A stretch of DNA of 64,000 nucleotides from Tricharina praecox (lineage: Eukaryota), in assembly GCF_024521635.1 (NCBI RefSeq), contig NW_026250407.1:992001-1056000 (forward strand), read 5' to 3'. The notes beneath the pieces are model-generated. The model saw nothing but the letters and a program-made list of their open reading frames with translations. It did no database searches and had not been told where the DNA came from. The position numbers and the translations under genes are program-made. Positions 13,548 to 23,354 of the stretch are shown here, one piece after another (the stretch's first letter is position 1; each line of letters begins with the position of its first letter).

Positions 13548-14573
13548 ATGCCACCACGAATCCCCCCCATCCGCACCCTCCTGCGCTCCTGCAGCAATTA
13601 CCAATCGCCGCTCCGATCGCTCCTCCAGCAGCAGCAAAAACAACAGCTCTACATCAAAAATGCCGTGCGCCTGTCGTCGACCTCACCAGCTGCTCCCCCG
13701 AAGCCGTCCACACCCACCCCTCCAGCACCTCCCCCACCAACAGCGCCCAAATCCCGCCCACCACCCGTCGACCACGTCCCACTCACGGAGAAAGAATTCC
13801 GAGCGGCGCGTCCCCCGCAGCTGATCCGACCAATCGGATTAATGTCGCCTCCACAGCCCGGCGAGAACAGCGGGGTCGACACGCGGTCATGGCAGCAGCG
13901 GCGCGACGACTTCGTCGACTATGAGAAGCACCTCTTGAAGCGGCAGCGGCTGGCGAACGAAATGGCCACGCCGTACTTCCGCGATTTCTCCCGCATGTCA
14001 AAACAGTTTAAGGGCAAGAGCTGGTTTGCTCCAAACTTACTGTTTAGGGCGGATAAGGCGCTGTTTTTTCCGAATCTTATGGGAAGAACGCTTAATACGG
14101 GGGAGAGACTGAATACGACGCTCGCGCTGTATGGCAGGGTGAGTGTCGTCACGGTGTTCTCGTCGATGTGGGCGGAGAATCAGGTTAAGAGCTTTGTGGA
14201 GGGGCTGGAGAGCGAGGTGCCTGCCATGACGATCGACGGCGGCGAGAAGGCGCAGAGAATCGATATCAATGTCGAGGAGAATTGGCTCAAGGCCCTGATG
14301 GTCAAGATGTTTATCCCACGGCTCCAGGCTAGGTTGCCGCTCGAGCAGCATGATCGCTACTTCATCGTCACTAAGGGCGTCTCGAAGGATGTCAGGCATG
14401 ATATGGGCCTGTGGAATAGCCGCGTGGGCTATGTCTACCTCGTCGATTGGAACTGTAGGATTCGCTGGGCTGGGTCCGGAGTGGCCGAGCCCGAGGAGAG
14501 GGCCGCGCTTGTAAAGGGCCTGCGGAAGTTGGTGGAGGATCATCAGAAGTTGAAGCTTGCGGGTGAGGAGTAG
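13548..14573 (+). CDS. ATP10: Mitochondrial ATP synthase assembly factor Atp10
   Basis: Arg-rich presequence; LFRADKALFFPNLMGRTL and VGYVYLVDWNCRIRWAGSG motifs. Confidence 0.92.
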   Translation: MPPRIPPIRTLLRSCSNYQSPLRSLLQQQQKQQLYIKNAVRLSSTSPAAPPKPSTPTPPAPPPPTAPKSRPPPVDHVPLTEKEFRAARPPQLIRPIGLMSPPQPGENSGVDTRSWQQRRDDFVDYEKHLLKRQRLANEMATPYFRDFSRMSKQFKGKSWFAPNLLFRADKALFFPNLMGRTLNTGERLNTTLALYGRVSVVTVFSSMWAENQVKSFVEGLESEVPAMTIDGGEKAQRIDINVEENWLKALMVKMFIPRLQARLPLEQHDRYFIVTKGVSKDVRHDMGLWNSRVGYVYLVDWNCRIRWAGSGVAEPEERAALVKGLRKLVEDHQKLKLAGEE

Positions 14574-14849
14574 GGAGTGGAGAGGTGGTTGTATGATATT
14601 CTGTGTATATTAGGCGAGCTTAGATGGATAGATCTAGAGCAGCATCGTGGAGTGAAGGCAAAGCGAGACGAACTATTGATATCGTACACCATACAGCAAA
14701 GCACCAAGCAAGCAAGCAAACGCCGAAACAGTAATACAACACTATTCGATCAATCAATACTACAAGGAGGAACTCAAAATGCCCGGCTGACAACAAGATA
14801 ATACCAAGCCAAATCAAATGTACCCACACTCCATACACACCTTACATCT

Positions 14850-15579
14850 CTACCGAAAGTATAACACCATCAAGAAGCAGAATGCCACCAACGAAGCCAT
14901 GATAACGCTATCCCTCCTCTTCCTCGTATTAATCTTGGAGATGATAGTGTTCACGCCGGGAATCTGACTAGCGGCATACATGGCCCTCCTGTTCAACTGC
15001 ACGAGTCTCGTCCGCTGCTCGGCAAAGTCCGCATTAATCGCATACGCCTGTCCCAGCACGGAGTCTGCGATATTGTTCGAATGGTCTATCCTGGTCCTCT
15101 CCTCGAGCATATACTCCGCTTCGGAGCGGCCATCTTCCATGCGCGACGCGGAGCGGTACGCATTTATGTCGTCGCGGACAGAGTGTAGGAGGTTAGCACG
15201 GTTCCGCGACTCGGTGATGGCGGACTTCAGTCGCAGGAACTCTCGTCGGTGGTCTGCGAGCGTGGACCGGTGGAGTGTGAGGTTTTGGAGTTTGGCGGCG
15301 GAGGAGTTGACGGCGGATTCGGAGTCGAGGAGGCGCGACAGCGACGAGACCACCGCTTCGCGCCGCGAGAGGATGTCGGATAGCGACGCTTCGGTCACGG
15401 ACTCGTCCTTCGACGGCTTTGGCGAGGGAGACGTCGTGAAGGTCGAGTAGGTTTGGAAGAGGTTCTCGGTCTGCGGTGGTTAGTTGGTGGGAGAGCTGAG
15501 GTCGGACACTAGCAACTACCTGTGATTCTAGCGAACGAGCTTGCTGTCGCAACTGCGCCCAGCTACCGGAGGAGGCCAT
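14850..15579 (-). CDS. GOS1: Golgi Qb-SNARE Gos1/GOS28
   Basis: WAQLRQQARSLESQ, intron 15471-15519, SNARE coil, IPGVN..ISKINTRKRRDS and a C-terminal TM anchor. Confidence 0.9.
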
Positions 15580-15854
15580 GTGGTGCTATTGCGGGTGTCT
15601 ATGTTTGAGCGTGGTTATGCAGCGGTGCGAGTTGATTTGTAGGTAAAGTGCGGTACTGTGGAGTGTGCATACAGACGTATGGCGGGCGGGAGCTGCAAGC
15701 AAGTGGCAGGCAGCAGGGTCCAAGCTTCATCATCTATGCTAGCCGACGCCACAGCAAGACTGCACAGCCTCGGGCATTCAAAGATGAGATGTTGAGATAA
15801 GATCCTCGACACCAACCTGATAAGATTACCAAGTTTATCTTATCGTCTGAACTC

Positions 15855-15871
15855 TTAGGGCATAACCCTCA
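15855..15871. promoter_or_regulatory. TTAGGGC/GCCCTAA-type ribosomal-protein promoter element (Tbf1-like, quasi-palindromic)
   Basis: TTAGGGCATAACCCTCA about 190 bp upstream of the RPL35 ATG. Confidence 0.5.
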
Positions 15872-16047
15872 CCCCCACACAACCACCCCAACTGACTGCC
15901 ACAAATGTTTTGTGTGTGCACTGCAAACTCCGACTAGCATTTTCGACATAGCAACGACGCCCGCCCAAATCGTGAAATTAACGAACTCACGACAAATCCC
16001 GCCCAACACCGAACCCCTCGCCAACACTCCCTTCGACAACAGACGCC

Positions 16048-16725
16048 ATGGTACGCACGATTCCCCCCCATTGTGCGACAGCGAACGAACGAAAAAGAGC
16101 GCGATTGTTGGATTGGGAGATTGGGGAGGATTTGAGAGGGAGGACGAAGTGCTGACTGTTCACTTCGTGACAGCCCGGGGTTAAAGCAGCACAACTGTGG
16201 CCTAAGTCCAAGGAGGATCTCGGCAAGCAGCTCGATGAGCTGAAGAACGAGCTCGTCACTCTTCGCGTCCAGAAGATTGCCGGTGGTGCTTCCTCCAAGC
16301 TCACCAAGATGTAACCACTCCCGCTCCCGCTCGTACACCGACCGACACATACACCAGCCATCCGACCGCGACGTGTATAATTCGAAGTCAGCAATAGAAC
16401 TAACGTTATCCTGCTATGTAGCCACGATGTCCGCAAGTCGATCGCCCGTACCTTGACCATCCTCAACGCCAAGCAGAGGCAGCAGCTCCGTCTGTTCTAC
16501 AAGACCAAGAAGTACATGCCGCTTGACCTCCGTCCCAAGCAGACCCGTGCTATCCGTCGGCGTCTCACCAAGCACGAGTCTTCCCTGAAGACTCAGAAGG
16601 CTACCAAGAAGGCTACCTACTTCCCTCAGAGGAAGTACGCCATCAAGGTAAGATTCCCTTCTTGAACACGGACAAGCAACGGGAGGCGGAGGCTAACGTG
16701 GTGTGTTCCGAACGTATAGGCGTAA
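16048..16725 (+). CDS. RPL35: 60S ribosomal protein L35 (uL29), 4 exons
   Basis: ATG-only first exon, intron 16051-16173. [50 protein letters not shown]. The last exon is GCG TAA. Confidence 0.97.
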
Positions 16726-17723
16726 AGGGCTGGGCATTCTCTTGGGGTATCGGGCTTTTTTTTTCGATGGCGTTTCGCAATGATAATTAAAAAATACTCC
16801 GCGAAATGAGATAGTCATCGAAATCTTGGTGGCCACCTTGGTGCGCAACGTGATAGGGTGTGTAGGGCAGACTACGTTCTGTGCCAGCCATGGTCGAGCG
16901 GGACTACATGTAACTGCCAGAATACCAAATATCGCCCCTTGAGGCCACAGAAATATCACGACACAGTTGTACCTACGTCTCAAAGCGTGCTGTGGATTGA
17001 GTGCCGTAAAGCATCCGGAACCGCTACCGCAAGCGTTTCAGCCCTACAAATCATCACCGTCCTATGTATAGTATCAGAAAGCCGAGCAACTCATCAGGAA
17101 CGAGTAGCGACGTAGGCGCGCATCACGGGCCGATCACTTGCAGACAATTAAAGCTTTTTTTGAACTTGCGGTGATCACATGTAGAAATTCTAGGACGGGC
17201 ATGTGCTTGTGAGAGCAGAGAGCACGCAGGTCATGGGTAAATGATTGCATAGGTAGCAACTAGTTCTCAGACTACACACAGGCTGTGGTGTTTGTTCGTT
17301 CTGATGGATAAGTGAAACAATCTTGTTAACATGCGTAAGCCATCTTGTTGCTCATTCGCGTCGATTCGCGGCTGCTGGCGCACCATAGGGCGGGGGCCTG
17401 GATATAATTTAGTAACAGAAAAGCGGCAGAAAGGTGAAGTAGAAGCACGCTTATGGACCAACTTTTGGACCAGAAAGTATGAAATCTTTGAGATCATAAC
17501 TAGCAATGGTCTTGTATGTGAAGTAGGTACTTGCTTCTGTATGTAGTGGAACCTGATCATCGTGAATGGTTGTTACCCTCCACCATCAACGACTCCTGAA
17601 TAGTCTCTGGTAGATGTATCATGTATCATAGAACCGCTGATGAGACCTCCACCGCTACATAAGGATCCCCACTTCTCGTCCACCTCCCATCATCTCCCTA
17701 GCACTCCATCTAGCCCGCGTCCA

Positions 17724-19133
17724 ATGGGAACAACGGAGTGTACGGACACCTTCTGTAACTTCAATGTTTGCTCACTCACTTTGACGCTCACTATTTTGAT
17801 GCCCACATCCATCAGTCGAATGGTTGATAAACCGCATCAGCTCAGCGGAAAGCTCCTCCTTCGAACGACTTTTGAGTGAATTCACCAAAGCATTGCGACT
17901 GGAGTTATTTCCCAACCATCGCCAGGATATCGTCCACCAGGAACCCACGCTCGGGCTGAGGAACATCGTGTTCTGGGCCACGGTCACTAATCAGTGCGAG
18001 TGATTCATTTGCAACGTTTGGGAACACGAAATCTTTCAGGAATCTGAGATGTATGCACGGGCTAGAGGACTGGAGTTTGCCAGCACGGGAAAGGACGGGA
18101 CTGGCAGCATATGAAGCGTTCGTTTTCAGTGAGGTTTGGGGGGGTTATTTTGGAATGGTCCACAGAGCTGCTGACCATTTGAAGCCGGAAAAAGGTTGTG
18201 CGTTCCAACCAAAAGCCTTCGAAGAATTGATTCGGTATGAGGTATGCATACGGCCTATCTAGATCATGGTAATATCTGCCCATACGCACTCCGTTTACAC
18301 GCCACTGTCCAACCCTACTTTCGTCGAGCGGCCCGATGTGGCTTCCCCTGCCCTCCGCCCCGGCCTGTCCCAGCAATGAGGTAGAGCGCACCAGATAATT
18401 GACACTACGAAACAATCGTTTTCCGCTCCCTCTACCACTCCACCTCACCCCCTGCCTCTTCAATAGGAGATGTCATGAAAGAAGGTGTTGGGAGGAACCG
18501 TGGGAGTGACCCGGCTCCTCAAGCTCAGCGCTCTCCTCCTCTTCTCGCCTCAGCTCCACCGCCCCCTCTGCCCCCTCCCTGAGCTCCCACTCGGACTCCT
18601 CGCTGGCTGCATCTTCCTCAGCGACCTCCGGGATCCGTCTGCCCACATCAGTGGATGAAAGGAAATCTAGGATGGCCTAGCTACACCGCTCGTCTGCGAA
18701 GCGGTCTTGGATCTTGAAGCAATCCGTACACCTCCCCGTCTCCTTCCAGACCTGTGCCCACAGTGTCTTCCGCTGGCTCTTGCTTCGAGGCAGCATTTGA
18801 AAAGGTGCTTCCGGGTCTGGGTCTTGTAGCAGCACCATCCGCAGTGGGCGTCATGGCGACTCTTCGTCCACTGGAGGTAATAGCTTGTGAGGTAGTGTCC
18901 TGTCTTCAGCTGGTAGCACCTTGAGGCCAGAATGTATCGCGAAGCTCGCCAAAGATTCCATCTCACAACCAATCTCGAGTGAGTTTGTGTGACGCATAGC
19001 AACTGAAGAGCCCTTCTGGAATGGAGGGAATGTGATCCGATATGAGCGGGTTGTCGACCAGCTTCGGTACTACGGCGAAGATATTCGTATCCTAAAGTTA
19101 GAAGTATACTCGTGCGGATCCTGCGTTAAATAA
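17724..19133 (+). pseudogene. Spliced hypothetical gene interrupted by a LINE fragment
   Basis: Exons 17724-17739, 17816-17993 and 18040-18241 join in frame via GT-AG introns. A likely continuation at about 18931-19133 has one in-frame TGA. Confidence 0.5.
18243..18930 (-). mobile_element. 5'-truncated, degenerate non-LTR retrotransposon (Tad1-like LINE): ORF2 C-terminus plus 3' UTR
   Basis: LASRCYQLKTGHYLTSYYLQW followed by CCHC knuckle C-GW-C-x8-H-LFKC-C. After a frameshift: KTLWAQV...FADERCS*AILDFLSSTDVGR, then an acidic tail and LPRFLPTPSFM. Contains a stop and frameshifts. Confidence 0.8.
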
Positions 19134-19730
19134 ATTGCGATCCAGATCTGCTGGAATGATTAAAGCGGAGCCCGCCCGCACTCATGCCAATCGATTCTGT
19201 CCCCACGACCGCATGAGAAAGATGATGGAGGTTGGTGATTGGATCTGACTCAGTTGCTGCACTAAATCGGCTCCCATTGGTTAATCGCTGGGTCTATCTT
19301 CACAACCACCGTGTGTAATTGGATCGAACTGATGTGGTGCATCATCCGTACATGCCATATTTACATACCAAAATCTTCTTGAAGGACGGCCAGATATCGG
19401 TAGCGTACTAGTCTCAACGCAGCCCAAGATCTGGAATCTTTGAGACGTATGTCAGCATAGAGTAGCAAGCCAGCAAACAAGTTTCCATAGTCACGGACAC
19501 ACGGCCAACTTACCTACGGTCCGAAGTCACGGCGAATCAACACAGCGAAACCATGGTGCGGCCATCTCAGTGGTTCAGACTGGCGACCTTTTTGACCCCA
19601 CATACCGACTCGGACGGCATGTATTACATACTATAAGATCTCTGGAAACTGGCATACCTAGCTGACATCGTTTCCCACGGCAGAATCCCAAATCCCAAAT
19701 ATCTCTCTCTTACCCCGCCTCCCTCCTGCG

Positions 19731-20576
19731 ATGGCACTCCACCACGTATATATGGAGCAGGTGCGCGTACCCACTTCAGGCCTGAGGTCCGACAACCTCG
19801 CGCGTTATGGCCGAATATTCCTGACATGCGAATCTCGATATGTTGCCGATGAACTCTTCCGAGCACTGCATGACGTGGCGCAGAGTGCACCGCACTCTAC
19901 GGCTGGGCCTATACGACCAATGTTTGTGCTTTTGGACCGCCGCACGCCACAGTTTTGGATCTACGACACGGAAGAACCTACAACTCTAACTCTGCTTGAC
20001 AACGTTCTGCGTCGCCCGACCGACCTCTGGCGGAACTTTCGTCGTTCGGTCATCGTGCAGTCCTGCTTCCAAGGCTGCTTTGACAGTTTCCCCCTATTCC
20101 CCATCATTCCGGCCGTCGAGGACCCCGATTGGGTGCACGGTCGTATGTACTGCATCCGTAACAGACGCCAACGACACCAGTATTGGTTCTTCGATGGCGA
20201 TGGCGATTACGATGATGGCACCATCTACGTCTCCAACACGCACCGGTCACGGTTCCGGATAGAACGTGTTGATCTTCAGCCGGGAAATGCAAACATAGTC
20301 TATCGTTCGACACCGGTGATCATTCGATCAGACCACATCCAGCTCTTCGCCCCGCAGAACGGTGAAGTCGTAAACATGCGGTACGATTCTTTGGGCGAGC
20401 TGACCACCGCCCGTGCGGAAGAGGACGTCGTCGTCGCGATGAATCTCACGTTCCGGGAGTTACTCGGTGGCTTCGGCGTGTGCGCCGAAACTTCCACCGA
20501 CCTTGGAAAAGTAGCAGTGTTGGGCACCGTGAACAAGACGAGGCCTGGGGAAGGGGAAGATTGGGAACTGTGTTGA
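19731..20576 (+). CDS. Uncharacterised 281-aa intronless protein
   Basis: ATG-initiated long ORF with globular, beta-rich composition; TATAAG at about 19632; no motif I recognise. Confidence 0.75.
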   Translation: MALHHVYMEQVRVPTSGLRSDNLARYGRIFLTCESRYVADELFRALHDVAQSAPHSTAGPIRPMFVLLDRRTPQFWIYDTEEPTTLTLLDNVLRRPTDLWRNFRRSVIVQSCFQGCFDSFPLFPIIPAVEDPDWVHGRMYCIRNRRQRHQYWFFDGDGDYDDGTIYVSNTHRSRFRIERVDLQPGNANIVYRSTPVIIRSDHIQLFAPQNGEVVNMRYDSLGELTTARAEEDVVVAMNLTFRELLGGFGVCAETSTDLGKVAVLGTVNKTRPGEGEDWELC

Positions 20577-22937
20577 GTCTTGAATCTTGATTGTTTCATT
20601 ATCCGTGTATCGCCGCAGTCGTTTCTACTAGAGTCGTGCTGGAATGTGTTGTCTCGGTGATAGGGTCGGACTCAAGAGTCAAGTGTTGAAATCCGAGCTG
20701 TTATGGGCGGATTATCCGAGTAGACTTTGAAGGGGGGATGGTGGAGCAGACCCTCCAATTGTTGGCCGGTTCAAGTGGGGGGGGGGGAGGGGGGGAGGTC
20801 ATCAATTTTATTTCGCATCTATGAGCCTTTGAAGACTACCTACGGCGAACACCAACTACAAAACCAACCCTACGCCGTCCGCGAGTCTAGCTATGCGGCT
20901 CTCCCTATTGCCCTACTGGCCCGATCGATGGTGATTACTCGCCCTCACCATCCTCCTCGACTCCTCCCAACTTCTCCTCCTTTTTGTAGATTCGTCTTCC
21001 TCCTCGGAAGCAGATTCATCTCCTCCTCCTCCTTCCCATTCCTTCTCCCTCGCCGGCCCTTCTTCCCACGTCGGTGACCTCTAGAAATTATAGAATTGCC
21101 ATGGTGCACCTCTCGTCTGCAAACAAATCCGCGGATCGAAAACGATCTCGTCCACGCTTTGTTTGTAGTAGTCGGACTGCTTTCCACAGTAGTTTCTGCT
21201 GCTCCTGCCATGCGGTACATACACACATACCTTGAACAGATTTTCTCGCGTTTGAGAGGCACTCCAGGTTTGAAGCACCACCACCAACACTAGTCATGAA
21301 TCTGGTTTGCTTCCAATTCGTTTCAGATATGGCCCAGTATGTACATAAGAGCATGCCCAGTCTTCAGCTGGTAATACCTACCTGGATGCAGTAATCTTCT
21401 TTGACTTTGATGCGACTGGCCATGGGTCAGGCCGGTTTTTACGCCACTTGCGCGCGGCACTTGAAATTGTACCTAGCCGGTTCAAGTGGGAACACTGGTT
21501 GAAACACTTCAGTTCTGGATGGTTTCGTTGCTACTTCGGTTGGGAACATGGTCTATCAGTTCGCAGTTGGTTTAGGTGGGTACGGCAGTTCTGGGGAAAA
21601 CTCGCTGAACTGCATGCCAGTCCGACGGATGAACTGCCAGTGCAGCCACAGCTGCCTAAGAGGGCGAGATGGCACATCCTTTGGTCACGGAAAGAGCGAT
21701 GGCAGATGGGTACAGTACTAGTTTTCAATTACTCTTGAGCATGCGCTCCTAATGCTAGCTCTGGGGGGTACGGCGGTTGAATTTCTTGGTGCTCTCCAGA
21801 GCTTCAACACTGTCTATGCATAGGGCATGGCGGTTTTGTGGACGGCTCTTTTGCCACACCATTCCAGGCCGGGGGCGAGATCGAGAGGAGAGTACACACA
21901 GAATATTGAGGAGATATGGAGGTTGATCTTCTATTCGGTACATGGTGAGGGAGATAGAAGGCGAATACGACCCCGCTGGACCCACTGCTAGCCACATTCG
22001 TTTCCTCCATCCGACAGGTCCTCCTCTCGCTCCCTCCTCTCGCCGACAGCTCCTTCATCGCTCCGCTAGAGCGGTAATAGGAAGCCCGATACCAATTGGA
22101 TCAGGCTCCTCGGGTGTTGCTGCATCTTCTGAAGCCTCCATACCATGAGGAGGTGTTGGTGGTTGCCTCACGGAGTCACCAGATGGTAGGTTGGTGGTGG
22201 CGATCGGCTTAGCTTTAAGCCTTCGACAACTGATGGGCCACCTAGTTTTCCTAATTCAAAGCTTGGAAGTTGGTTCAGTTCACTATCCTCCAACAGCTGG
22301 TTGGTATGGGAGCACCCCCAGTTTGTTCCCGGTCCGAACTGCTGGAGGGTCTGGGGCGGAGTGGGGTATCCTGCTGTATGTTGTTTCGTATTTGAACAAG
22401 CTTGCCCGTGTCCATCCTTGAGTACTGTCCTTGACGCATCCCATGTAGGTATGTATGCCTTGCAACAGAAGGCCATCCTACTCCAACCAACCAACCACCA
22501 GTATCGGCTTTGAGCGAGATTGTACCCCCCTCCCCCGCAGCAAGTGATTCCTCGTAAACTAGTGGTCCAGCCAGTGAGTCAAGAGTCTGAGTCTGGGTCG
22601 ATCAACCAGCAAGTCTTACCGAAAGGCAGAACGGCTGGCTGTTCGGCCGGCCAACAGTCCCCACTTGGTGAGCTGTCCGAGAGTTCAGCGTACCCAGGTA
22701 CTATCATAGGTGCACAGTTTGGAAAAGGAAGAACCGTTTCAAGGATACATACTAGTACTTCGGGAGTGAGTCTAAAGACAAGCCGTGTCGAGTCGACTTG
22801 GTGGGAAAACTCTGATGAGTGGTTTCTTACGGTGAATATCTATTGGTATTCAAAGTTCCACTGTCGATGCACCGCCAGTGTGCTGCCAGTGTCCAGTGCT
22901 ATATAGGTACATCATGTATGTTCCCCTGACCTGATAG

Positions 22938-23096
22938 TAAGTACTGTATAGTTCAGGGGGGGTAATAAAAACGTTGTTTGCCGCTGGACACATATTGATA
23001 ACGTATCAGGGCATAAAAAACACGTATTTTGACCGTACTGATACCGCACCTAGGACTACAATTTTTTTCTACCCCCACCTCACTATACAGTACTTA
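22938..23096. mobile_element. Small MITE-like element (TA-flanked, Tc1/mariner-type candidate)
   Basis: TAAGTACTGTATAGT (22938-22952) is the perfect reverse complement of ACTATACAGTACTTA (23082-23096). Pairing extends inward imperfectly (G-run+A-run against T-run+C-run). Confidence 0.55.
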
Positions 23097-23309
23097 AGCT
23101 TCGCCGAATATTGTTTTTTCTTGGGAGGGGTGAGGGGGAATTTTACCTCCTGTCGGGGAGTATGGACGGCTACCGTACTCCTACATATGCGGCGCGGAAC
23201 GTAACCATTCACAAGCCATCACTCACGAGGTCAAGCCTGCGGCGGCAGTTTGCCAAGCTTCTAGTGTGGTAAGTTAACCAAGTAAGTCTAAGTACTCTGC
23301 TTAGCCGAA

Positions 23310-23354
23310 GGCCGAATGCAACGATGATTAAACAGAAAAAACTATAAAAAAAAA
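23310..23354 (+). mobile_element. LINE/SINE-like 3' tail with poly(A)
   Basis: GGCCGAATGCA-ACGATGATTAAACAG followed by an A-rich tail. Matches GGCCGTATGCA at the 3' end of the minus-strand LINE relic (18245-18255). Confidence 0.4.

Noticed and set aside
23296..23320. Resemblance to the reverse complement of the U2 snRNA 5' end
   Set aside because: The GTAGTA branch-pairing sequence is absent; better explained as a retroelement tail.
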